DNA from: Mycoplasmoides genitalium G37
Lineage (GTDB): Bacteria > Bacillota_I > Bacilli_A > Mycoplasmatales > Mycoplasmoidaceae
Reading direction: 5' to 3'
Assembly (NCBI RefSeq): GCF_000027325.1
Contig: NC_000908.2
Span: forward strand, 330,001 to 362,000
Length of the DNA stretch: 32,000 nt
Part shown: positions 11,183 to 19,751 of the stretch, one piece after another
Numbering within the stretch: position 1 is the stretch's first letter
How the letters are laid out: every line of letters starts with the position of its first letter
The notes under the pieces: generated by a model
What the model saw: the letters and a program-made list of their open reading frames with translations, nothing else
The model's database searches: none
What the model was told of the DNA's origin: nothing
Made by a program: the position numbers and the translations under genes

Positions 11183-11972
11183 GGTCTAATGCTGTTATCA
11201 CTTCCTCTTCCAAATCAGGATAACGATCTAAGATATCATTAACATGATCAGCTAACTGTTCAGTACTAATAAATCTTGAAAACCTGATCAATCCTCTTTT
11301 TTTAGAAGTTAAAAAGGAAAAGACAATGGTTGTAATCAAAATTGCTAACATCCCACCTGATACAGCAACAATGGTTATCATTGTGACATCATAATAATTA
11401 TTGAACTGTTCAGAAGAAGGGATGTTGTTTTTGATCTTTTCATAGCTACTAACAATGCTTTGTGCTTGTGTAGAAAACTCACTAACTGCACTAATTACAC
11501 CATCAGCTGTTGCTTGTTTTTTTACAGATGGAGATGAACTAGCAGTACCATTTTTATCAAGATTATTTTTAAAGTTGTCTAATTGTGTTTTACTGTTTTC
11601 CAAGTCTTTTTTGGTTGCATCAAGTTCCCTAATCTTTTCTTGACTAATATTACCTAGATTGTTCTGACTCTCTAAGTTCTTTTTGTATTCATCCACTTTT
11701 TGTAAAGATTGCTCTAAGTCTTTTTTAACTTGATCTAAATTGTTAGTAATGGAACTTTTGCTAAATTGGTTAGCACTATTTGCTAAAGCATTAGCAAAGG
11801 CTTTAGCAGAATTGAAAGAACTATCAATGGAATTACGAGCTTGAACATAAAGGTTAGCTGCTGTACTACGAAAATACAAAGCAGTAATACCAAACCCTAA
11901 CAGAAATACAAAAACCAACATTCCAAAGAAAAGCAAGATGGTTTTCGAAAACCGATTAATAAAAATAACCAT
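11175..11972 (-). CDS. Hypothetical coiled-coil membrane protein, 265 aa (MG280-like)
   Basis: Single ORF with the same TM / coiled coil / TM / tail architecture as its neighbour, overlapping it by 8 nt. Confidence 0.85.
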
Positions 11973-12032
11973 TTAAATACTTGTACTTTTAACCAAACTA
12001 ATGGTTATAAAAGTGTTTTGAAAACAAAACTA

Positions 12033-13703
12033 CTAGAGTTTAAGTTTAACACCCAATGCGTTGGTTTTAAGTTCTTTTGCTAGTGATTTAACTTCATTTG
12101 TATCACTGGAAACACCAGTAATATCAACTGTTTCAAACTTTTCTTCACCAATTACAGTAACCAACCCTTCAACTGCTTTAGTCATTCTTTCAAGACTACT
12201 ATCTGTATCATTTTCTAGTTTTTGGAACTGTACACTGTATTTACCACTAGCAGTAATTCTTTTGATGTTTTCATCAAATGTTACTCCGTTTTGTTCAGCA
12301 CGTTTTAAGATTTCATTTTGAAACTCGCTGTCTCTGCTTGCGCGTTCATTTTCATAGATGCTAGCACCAGGGTAATAGTTTTCATTAACCCTGTAATAGG
12401 TGTTATCTCCTTCTCTGTAAGCTTCTTCTAAGTGGAGGTTAAGTTCTTTTAAAGAACGGTACACCAAATCATCATCACTATCCTTGTTGGTATTAACATT
12501 CTTAACTAAGTACTTGTCAATGTATCCCCCAGCAAAATAACCTTGGAACTGTCTTTCAAACCTTCTGTAGTTGTAAATATCACCAACTGCTTGTTTGAGC
12601 TTATTAGCATCAATGGCTGAATTATCACTGTTTTGGAGTGTAACTTGGGTTAAATCAATGTGGGTAAATGGTTTTGAGGCAAACAGATCATAGATAACAT
12701 TAGTTTTACTTCCCAATACTAATGGGTTAAAACCAAAACTATTTGCTTTACTGGTGGAATAAAATTCCAACTCAACTACGTTTGCAAAGATTTGTTTAGC
12801 TACATTAACACCAGTGTAATCACCATAAAGTGAAACTTTTTTAACTGATTCTGGTAATTGCAATTCATTAAGTTGTGAACCATTACCACTTAAACCTCTA
12901 ATAATTAGGTAAGTAGGTTTTTCTGAATCTATTGTTGTTTTTAAAGCACTGATATCTTTAGCATCAATTGCGAGTGTTTTAACATCTTCAAAGAAGTGGT
13001 TTGGGTATGAGTCATAAAGTGGTGAACCTTTAGCAGCAAAATAAGTTCACTTATCATAAGTAAGGTTATTACTAGTTGAAACAGTTGTTGCTTTTGTGTT
13101 ACTCCATCCGCTGAAACTAGGAACTTGTCTAAACACATCATCATAACCACGGTTGTTTGCCATGAGAGTACCGTTAGTTGTTTGCAAGATTGGCATCAAC
13201 ACGCGGTTATTGAAATATTCAGTTGATTGGTAATAGCTAAGCAGTGAACCATCACTAGCAACATGATCATAATAACCAGCTTTAAAACTAGGAGTAATAA
13301 AGTTATCACCTGTTTTAATTAAGCCACTAATTTCAGTTTTAGGAACAGGACGGTCTAAACCCTTTGGACTGTTAGTGATCGCTTCTGATAACTCATTAGC
13401 AAAGTTTCTAAATTTCTCACGGAAGTTAGCACCACCAGATAAATCAATCTCACTCTGATAGCTACCATCGTTTAAAGAAAGTGATTTCAACTTTACTTCT
13501 GCACTAGGAGATTGTGTTGAGAACAACTTAAAACCGAGGTTACCACTCCTACCTGATGCAACCAAAGCATAACCACTTTGATTAACTAGGTTAGTGATCA
13601 TAACTGCTGAGAATGTGGTTAACGCTCCAGCACCTAAAACACCAATAGTCCAAAATAATTTACGCTTAAATTTCACACTATTTTTATGTTTTTTAAATTG
13701 CAT
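12033..13703 (-). CDS. Protein M, IgG-binding surface protein (MG281), 556 aa
   Basis: ORFs 12033..12863 and 13047..13703 share a frame through TGA. N-terminus MQFKKHKNSVKFKRKLFWTIGVLGAGALTTFSAVMITNLVNQSGYALVASGRSGNLGFKLFSTQ is recognised from memory as Protein M. Confidence 0.93.
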
Positions 13704-13834
13704 TATTTTTTGTATTATTAGAAACTTTTAATTTGTAAACAGTAGTCTACTTATCAATTTTAAATTAAATCCACTAGTAAACTTCAATAACCCTTTCTCT
13801 GAAAGAGCTTGGTAATTTATTAAACAAATAAAAA

Positions 13835-13860
13835 ACACCCTTAAATTGCTTTAAGGATGT
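13835..13860 (-). terminator. Terminator-like hairpin downstream of the tRNA cluster
   Basis: Minus-strand RNA ACAUCCUUAAA-GCAA-UUUAAGGGUGU followed by UUUUU; 11-bp stem including one G-U. Confidence 0.65.
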
Positions 13861-13883
13861 AATGAGTTTAAATCTTTAATTTT

Positions 13884-13957
13884 TGGAGCGAGTAATCGGA
13901 ATCGAACCGACACGATCAGCTTGGAAGGCTGATGTTCTACCATTAAACTATACTCGC
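13884..13957 (-). tRNA. tRNA-Gly (TCC)
   Basis: GCGAGTATAGTTTAATGGTAGAACATCAGCCTTCCAAGCTGATCGTGTCGGTTCGATTCCGATTACTCGCTCCA; anticodon loop CTTCCAA; encoded CCA. Confidence 0.97.
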
Positions 13958-13964
13958 ACAAATT

Positions 13965-14050
13965 TGGTGCCCAAAGCCGGACTTGAACCGGCACACCATT
14001 ACTGGCGTGGGATCTTAAATCCCATGCGTCTACCATTCCGCCACTTGGGC
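13965..14050 (-). tRNA. tRNA-Leu (TAA)
   Basis: GCCCAAGTGGCGGAATGGTAGACGCATGGGATTTAAGATCCC...GGGCACCA; anticodon loop TTTAAGA; long variable arm. Confidence 0.97.
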
Positions 14051-14125
14051 TGGTGACCCACCCGAGGATCGAACTCGGGACCCTTTGATTAAAAGTCAAA
14101 TGCTCTACCGCTGAGCTAGTGAGTC
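14051..14125 (-). tRNA. tRNA-Lys (TTT)
   Basis: GACTCACTAGCTCAGCGGTAGAGCATTTGACTTTTAATCAAAGGGTCCCGAGTTCGATCCTCGGGTGGGTCACCA; anticodon loop CTTTTAA. Confidence 0.97.
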
Positions 14126-14171
14126 TTTTTGATAGGGAGTTAACCCTATCTTTAGAAATTTAAGCTTTAAC

Positions 14172-14246
14172 TGGCTGGGATGGATGGGATCGAACCATCG
14201 CATGATAGAGTCAAAGTCTATTGCCTTACCGCTTGGCTACATCCCA
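14172..14246 (-). tRNA. tRNA-Gln (TTG)
   Basis: TGGGATGTAGCCAAGCGGTAAGGCAATAGACTTTGACTCTATCATGCGATGGTTCGATCCCATCCATCCCAGCCA; anticodon loop CTTTGAC. Confidence 0.97.
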
Positions 14247-14250
14247 AAAA

Positions 14251-14338
14251 TGGTGGACAGGGAGAGATTCGAACTCCCGAAACCATAAAGGTGTCTGATC
14301 TACAGTCAGAAGCGTTTAGCCACTTCGCTACCTGTCCA
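14251..14338 (-). tRNA. tRNA-Tyr (GTA)
   Basis: GGACAGGTAGCGAAGTGGCTAAACGCTTCTGACTGTAGATCAGACACC...GTTCGAATCTCTCCCTGTCCACCA; anticodon loop CTGTAGA; long variable arm. Confidence 0.97.
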
Positions 14339-14364
14339 TTACTACCAGCAAGATATTTTACAAA

Positions 14365-14850
14365 TTATCTGTTGCTGATCTTCAGGATTTTAACACGATA
14401 GGGAACTTCAATACCAACAACATCACATTCATCACCAATTAAACGCCCATAGATTGCAAGGGCAAGGGGTGATTCATTGGAAATTTTGTGTTCTTCAGGA
14501 TTTGCTTCAAGTGTACCTACAATTGTGTATTTTTCGTTCGATTTAGAACTGTAATCATAGATCTCAACAGTGCTCCCTAAGCTAACTTTTGTTACTTTGG
14601 TTTTTGCTTGGTGGTCACTAATTAACTTAGCGTTGGCTAATATATCTTGAATTTCAGCAATCCTAGTTTCAATCTCACCTTGCTGTGCTTTAGCTGCATC
14701 ATAATCAGCATTTTCACTTAAATCACCCTGATCACGTGCTTCTTGTAAGAGTCTGATAATCTCAGGACGTTTAACTTGGATTAGGTTTTCAAGTTCTTTT
14801 TCCAGTTGCTTAAATCCTTCTTGAGTTAGGTAATTTTTATTTAGTTCCAT
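14365..14850 (-). CDS. greA: Transcription elongation factor GreA
   Basis: 161-aa ORF with LTQEGFKQLEKELENLIQVKRPEIIRLLQEARDQGDLSENADYDAAKAQQGEIE, the GreA coiled-coil signature. Confidence 0.97.
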   Translation of the reverse strand: MELNKNYLTQEGFKQLEKELENLIQVKRPEIIRLLQEARDQGDLSENADYDAAKAQQGEIETRIAEIQDILANAKLISDHQAKTKVTKVSLGSTVEIYDYSSKSNEKYTIVGTLEANPEEHKISNESPLALAIYGRLIGDECDVVGIEVPYRVKILKISNR

Positions 14851-15030
14851 GACAAAATTAAAAGCAGCAAAAACACTTTTATTATTTAATTATTTCCCCT
14901 TTTTTTGCCAATTTTTGCTAAAAAAATAGAAAATCAGTATTGCAGTAATATAGATATTAAATAGTAAATTTCTATTTAACTTCGAAATAATAAACTCAAG
15001 ATCAACAGAAGATTGTGAGTTTTAATACAG

Positions 15031-15165
15031 ATGAGAGAAAACAATAGTAATGCTCAAAACAAAAAGAAGATCCGCTTTTTAGCTTTGGGCATCATTATTC
15101 TAATCGTACTAATTGCTTTAATTACTATGCTTTTTATCACTGGAGTAATTAGTCGCAACCGTTAA
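15031..15165 (+). CDS. Candidate 44-aa single-pass membrane peptide
   Basis: ATG at 15031, TAA at 15163-15165: MRENNSNAQNKKKIRFLALGIIILIVLIALITMLFITGVISRNR. Strong TM segment, 16 nt upstream of proS. Absent from the ORF track, which appears to list only longer ORFs. Confidence 0.6.
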   Translation: MRENNSNAQNKKKIRFLALGIIILIVLIALITMLFITGVISRNR

Positions 15166-15181
15166 GATTACTTTTTGCTAG

Positions 15182-16633
15182 ATGACAAAAAAAACACAAG
15201 ATCTCACTAGTTGGTATGACCAACTGCTAGTTAAAGCAAAGTTAATTTGTCATGGTGAAGTTAAAGGTACAGTTTGTTTTTTAAATAACAGTTGAGGCTT
15301 ATGGATGGAAATCCAACAGCTTTACAATGATGCAATTGCAAATAAAAATCAATTGTCTGCAATTGCTCTAACTAAATTCCAACCAACTACTAGTTTTTGT
15401 TATCAAGTATTCCAAGTACAACTCCCTACCCTTTCTTTTTACAGTGAATATCAAAAGGAAAAAACCCATATCAAAGGTTTTAATCCTGAGCTTTTTTTAA
15501 TTAATCAAGTTGGTCAAAAACAACTCAATGATCCTTTGGTTTTACGACCTACTAGTGAGATTGCTTTTTGCAACTTATGGAAAAAACAAGAGTTATCTTA
15601 CCATGATCTACCTTTAATTTATAACCAGTGAACTCAGGTTTTTCGTGCAGAAAAAAACACCAGACCTTTTTTGAGAAACAGTGAGTTTTACTGACAAGAA
15701 ACTCATGGGCTTTTTGTGGATCAGAGCCAATCTGAACAAGCTGCTATTAGCTTTTGAAATTTATATCAGGATTTAATTATTAACAAACTTTGTATCCCTG
15801 CTTTTGTTGGTTTGAAAAGTGAAAGTGAAAAATTTGCAGGTGCTAAAAACACATGGACAATAGAAGCAATTATGCCTGATGGACAAAGTTTACAATGTGC
15901 CACTAGCCATGATTTAGGTGACACTTTTACAAAGAGTTTTACTATCAGCTATCAGAGTAAAACTAACCAAAAAATGACTCCAAGTAGTTTTAGTTGTGGG
16001 ATGTCAACTAGGATCTTAGGAGCAATTTTTTTAACCCACAGCGATGATTATGGTTTGGTTTTACCTTGGTATCTAGCAAGTAAACAAGTCAAGTTATACC
16101 TGTTTGATAAAAACAATAACCCTAAAACAAGAGCTTTAGCTTTTTTAGTGAAGGATTTTTTAGAAAAACTCAAAATTCGCTTTAGTTTTATAGAAATTAA
16201 CAATCAACTAGGTAAACAACTTTTAAAAGGAGAAATAGAAGGTATTCCATTACAGATGATTGTTGATAATGAAAAAACTATTAACATCTTCAACCGCTTA
16301 ACACGTTTAAAAACCAGCTTAACATTTGCAAATCTCCAAACTGAATTTGTTAATTTAGTTAACAACTACCATACAGAGATGTATAGAAAAGCAAATGATT
16401 TAGTTGAACAAAAACTAGCAAGAGTACAAACTTTAAAGGAAATTGAACAAGCATTCAAAAATAAAAAGGCTGTTTTATGTACCGTGAAGTTAACTGGTGA
16501 ACTTGAACAACACTTAAAGACAAAATACCAAGTTAGTGTTAGGTGTGTTTTTAAAAAGTCAGATGTAACACAAAACTGTCCTTTTACAAATCAACCTTGT
16601 TTTGATTCAGTTTTAATTGCACGTGCTTACTAA
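15182..16633 (+). CDS. proS: Prolyl-tRNA synthetase
   Basis: Start ATGACAAAAAAAACACAAGATCTC at 15182 in frame with ORFs 15305..15631 and 15812..16633 through TGA, 483 aa. [52 protein letters not shown]. Confidence 0.96.
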
Positions 16634-16853
16634 CAAAGTACTGTCAATCACTACCCAATAAAACCCTTGATTATTTGGTTTTATTTAATTTATTTCTAAA
16701 TATTTTTTACCAGTAATTTTTGTTTAAAAACAAACTCGTTTTGTAAAAGAAAAAAGTTAGAGTTGTTGTATTTCAATAACGATTATTTAGCCTCTAAAAT
16801 CGATTAGACGATCTTCTGATCGTTTAAGATTTATTCAAATTCAACATGACTTT

Positions 16854-17252
16854 ATGACTTTTACAAACAAAGAAAAAAATTGCAAACAAAGCAAATCATT
16901 AGCAGCGTTGATGACAAAATTTAAGCGCTCGCAATTAATCTTGAAACACCAAGCTAATAACATAGCACTGGAGTTGTGAAATGAAAATGATATTAACCTA
17001 TCAAAACAGCTTATTGAGTTAATAGAAGATACTTTTTCAATGCTTAAAAAAGAAACTGTTGATTTTATCTATGACATCTATATTTATGGCAAAAAGCCGT
17101 GTGATATTGGTTATTCTAATTCCACCTATTACAAAAAACTAAACAAAGCAGCTAATAGTTTTTTTGACCATTTTGTTTGAGATTCGTCAATATTAGACAA
17201 AAGGATCATAACTAATGGCAGCAATTCTCAACGTACAACGAATTCAAAATAA
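16854..17252 (+). CDS. Hypothetical protein, at least 132 aa (MG284-like), with an HTH-like C-terminal region
   Basis: Open with TGA as Trp: MTFTNKEKNCKQSKSLAALMTKFKRSQLILKHQANNIALELWNENDINLSKQLIELIEDTFSMLKKETVDFIYDIYIYGKKPCDIGYSNSTYYKKLNKAANSFFDHFVW... The true start could be a non-ATG codon upstream. Confidence 0.75.
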
Positions 17253-18258
17253 CCAAGTCACTGAGTACACAATGAGTCCAGTGCGTAATTTTGCAAACAC
17301 AAAAGATGTATATTTTGATGCGCAATTAACAAATATAGAAAGCAAAATTGATAGTAGTAGGGCTCAAATTCACCTTACTATTGCACTAAAATACAACACT
17401 AATCTCCCTGATAATATCTTTCAAGCCCACTTCAGTTTAGGCAATTGACAAAGTGATAAGATTCAACTTCAAAAAGCTCCTGATAAAAAACACGATAGTT
17501 TAAACAGCATTAAATATTTTTATGCATTTCTAGATGTACCCCGTTCAGCACTAGCAAAAAAAGAAATTAATAGGTTTAGTAATGTGGTTGCTAGAGTATT
17601 GAGAATAAGTTTTCGCTTGCAAGATCAATCTGAAAAAGGGAATTGAAGTGACTATCATTTGTTTGATACTGTAGCTAGTGAATTGTATGCAACAGTAATT
17701 AAAGAAACAATCAACTTTGGCAACATGATTAAGATTAATGCACTTGATGGTAGTAAACAGCTAACTAGTAGCCAAGGAAGTTTTAAATACAGTTGAACAA
17801 TGTATGACTATAGGAATTTAGAACAACTTGATGAGGTGAGAAACTTGATCAATATCAGTTTTGACAAACCAGTTCAAATAGTAAATGTTGATGTCAAAAT
17901 TCACTATGTTCCAACTAAAGGTAGGTTACAAGAGATAAAACAACAAGGTGAGTTTGAAAATAACCTTGATGTTAATGAAAAGCTTAAACTCAATTTAATA
18001 GGCAATTGAAATTTTGACAAACATAACAAGAAGCTAATCAGTGATATTTCAGGTACTGGAATCTTTTTACCCCAGGGTGGTTATGGAAGTTATGAAATAA
18101 TGATTGGCGCTACAGTAGGTAATGATTTCTACACAATTATAGCCAACAACCAGTTTAAGTACGAAACACCTTTAGATGATCTTGAACAAAATGACTTTTT
18201 TGAGGTAAATTATTTACCTGTTTACAGTACATACAACTTTAGTGATTTAACTCAGTAA
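17215..18258 (+). CDS. Hypothetical protein, 347 aa (MG285-like)
   Basis: MAAILNVQRIQNNQVTEYTMSPVRN...; fragments 17215..17448 and 17800..18009 share one frame through TGA; TAA at 18256-18258. Confidence 0.85.
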
Positions 18259-18260
18259 GT

Positions 18261-18851
18261 ATGATTTTTTCAATTAGTAAACGAAAGTTAATTTGCGGAT
18301 TTTTGCTAGTTATTTTAACAATAGGTGGGGTTTTGGGTGGTGTTTATTTAGTTACTAAAAACAACAAGGATAACTACCAAAATGAAAGTAATTTCAACAA
18401 TCAAGAACAAATTAGTAAAATCCCTAATTTCAAAGCTATTGGTCCTGAAACACAACGTATCTTAAGAGAAAGAAACTATCCTTTAGATGATAGTGGTTAT
18501 TATGTTTATAAGTATGGTGAAATTAATAGGTATCTAAGAAATGAAAGTGAACTAGATGAATTAATTAACTATAGAGTGATGGTACCTTCACTTAAATTAC
18601 ATCACAAAAGGGTTAATTTTGATAAGGCATTTCTTGAAAGTAAATTAAGAAAATGGATTATCAAAGCAATTAAGCAACATAACTATTTCCAACACTTTGA
18701 AAATGAACCAAATTTAAGAGTTCAATATAACATGAATATTCCAGCACAAAAAATTGATGTTAATGCTGTTTGATCTTATAAAAAAGATAATGATGCTGCT
18801 ACTGGTAAGCCAATCCGATATTGAGATCAATTTGAGCTTAAACTTAAATAA
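18261..18851 (+). CDS. Hypothetical membrane-anchored protein, 196 aa (MG286-like)
   Basis: MIFSISKRKLICGFLLVILTIGGVLGGVYLVTKNNKDNYQ; extends past TGA at 18771 to TAA at 18849-18851. Confidence 0.85.
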
Positions 18852-18882
18852 TAAATCTTTATAATTTTTACTAGATTTACTA

Positions 18883-19137
18883 ATGCAAACGCATGAAATT
18901 CTTTTAAAAATTAAAGAAATTGCTAAATCAAAAAACTTTAATCTTAATTTAGATGAAAAGACAATAAATCAACCACTTCGTGAGTTGAAAATCGATTCAC
19001 TTGATATGTTTAGTATTGTTGTTAGTCTAGAAAATGAATTTGGGATTAGTTTTGATGATGAAAAGTTAATGAATCTAAAAAATCTTGCTGACTTGGTTTT
19101 AGAAGTTAAAAACCTTTTAGCAAAAAAAGGGGTATAG
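18883..19137 (+). CDS. acpP: Acyl carrier protein homolog (MG287-like)
   Basis: 84 aa with LRELKIDSLDMFSIVVSLENEFGISFDDE, including the DSLD phosphopantetheine attachment motif. Confidence 0.9.
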   Translation: MQTHEILLKIKEIAKSKNFNLNLDEKTINQPLRELKIDSLDMFSIVVSLENEFGISFDDEKLMNLKNLADLVLEVKNLLAKKGV

Positions 19138-19202
19138 TTCAAAGGTAGAACATCTGTCTTCAAAATAGAGTGTTGTGGGTTCGAGTCCTGCTACCCCTGC
19201 CA
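19128..19202 (+). tRNA. tRNA-Trp (TCA), expected to decode UGA
   Basis: AGGGGTATAGTTCAAAGGTAGAACATCTGTCTTCAAAATAGAGTGTTGTGGGTTCGAGTCCTGCTACCCCTGCCA; acceptor AGGGGTA/TACCCCT; anticodon loop CTTCAAA; encoded CCA. Confidence 0.96.
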
Positions 19203-19210
19203 TAAAATAT

Positions 19211-19240
19211 AAAAGCTTAGTAAGTTTTTACTAAGCTTTT
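19211..19240 (+). terminator. Terminator downstream of tRNA-Trp
   Basis: AAAAGCTTAGTAA-GTTT-TTACTAAGCTTTT followed by TT; perfect 13-bp stem. Confidence 0.85.
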
Positions 19241-19272
19241 TTCAATCCCCCCATTCCCCCAACCTCTATTTT

Positions 19273-19677
19273 GTGTTACTAGTGCCTAAGGTGGTATTGG
19301 AGTATCACAACCTGAATAACCAAGTAGTCAAAGAGAGTTTGGAAGTGGAAGCAACTGATTCTTTTGATCCCACCCAAAGGTTGCAAAAAGATAGTCCAAT
19401 GAAGGATACAGGAAAGATGGGGGAGAAACTCCAAGAGACCATGTCATCAATGAGTGGTGGTGGGGCTACATCTCCTCGCAAAGCCCTCACCATTGAGGTG
19501 GAAAGGGGGAGTCAAAGTGATTCACTTTTAAAAAACGACTTTGCCAAAAAGCCACTGAAACATAAGAACAGTAGTGGGGAGGTGAAGTTGGATGCGAGTG
19601 GGGAGTTTACTGAGGCCTGAAAACCATTGTTGACTACTGATCAAATAGCAAGAGAGAAGGGGATGGGGGCGACTTAG
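19273..19677 (+). CDS. MgPar-internal ORF (MG288-like), fragment of the mgpB/P140 adhesin
   Basis: GTG at 19273, TGA Trp at 19618, TAG at 19675-19677. VPKVVLEYHNLNNQVVKESLEVEATDSFDPTQRLQKDSPMKDTGKMGEKLQETMSSM matches remembered MgPa sequence. Expression doubtful. Confidence 0.6.
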
Positions 19678-19736
19678 ACTTTCTCCCCTGAATCGGCAAC
19701 AACAAACCCTTCTCCAACTCCCACACTGCTTCCCTT

Positions 19737-19751
19737 TCTTCTTCTTCTTCT
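19737..19751 (+). repeat. (TCT)5 trinucleotide tract (poly-Ser) in the mgpB-like block
   Basis: Five consecutive TCT codons in NSHTASLSSSSSSPLPTF. Confidence 0.8.

Noticed and set aside
12941-13150. - strand ORF 69 aa
   Set aside because: Alternate frame within Protein M, whose frame is continuous once TGA is read as Trp.
13851-14401. Track ORFs 13851..14099 and 14180..14401 on the + strand
   Set aside because: They run antisense through the tRNA-Gly/Leu/Lys/Gln/Tyr cluster. They are artefacts of GC-rich tRNA sequence.
18969-19163. - strand ORF 64 aa
   Set aside because: Antisense to the ACP-like gene and tRNA-Trp; no independent support.
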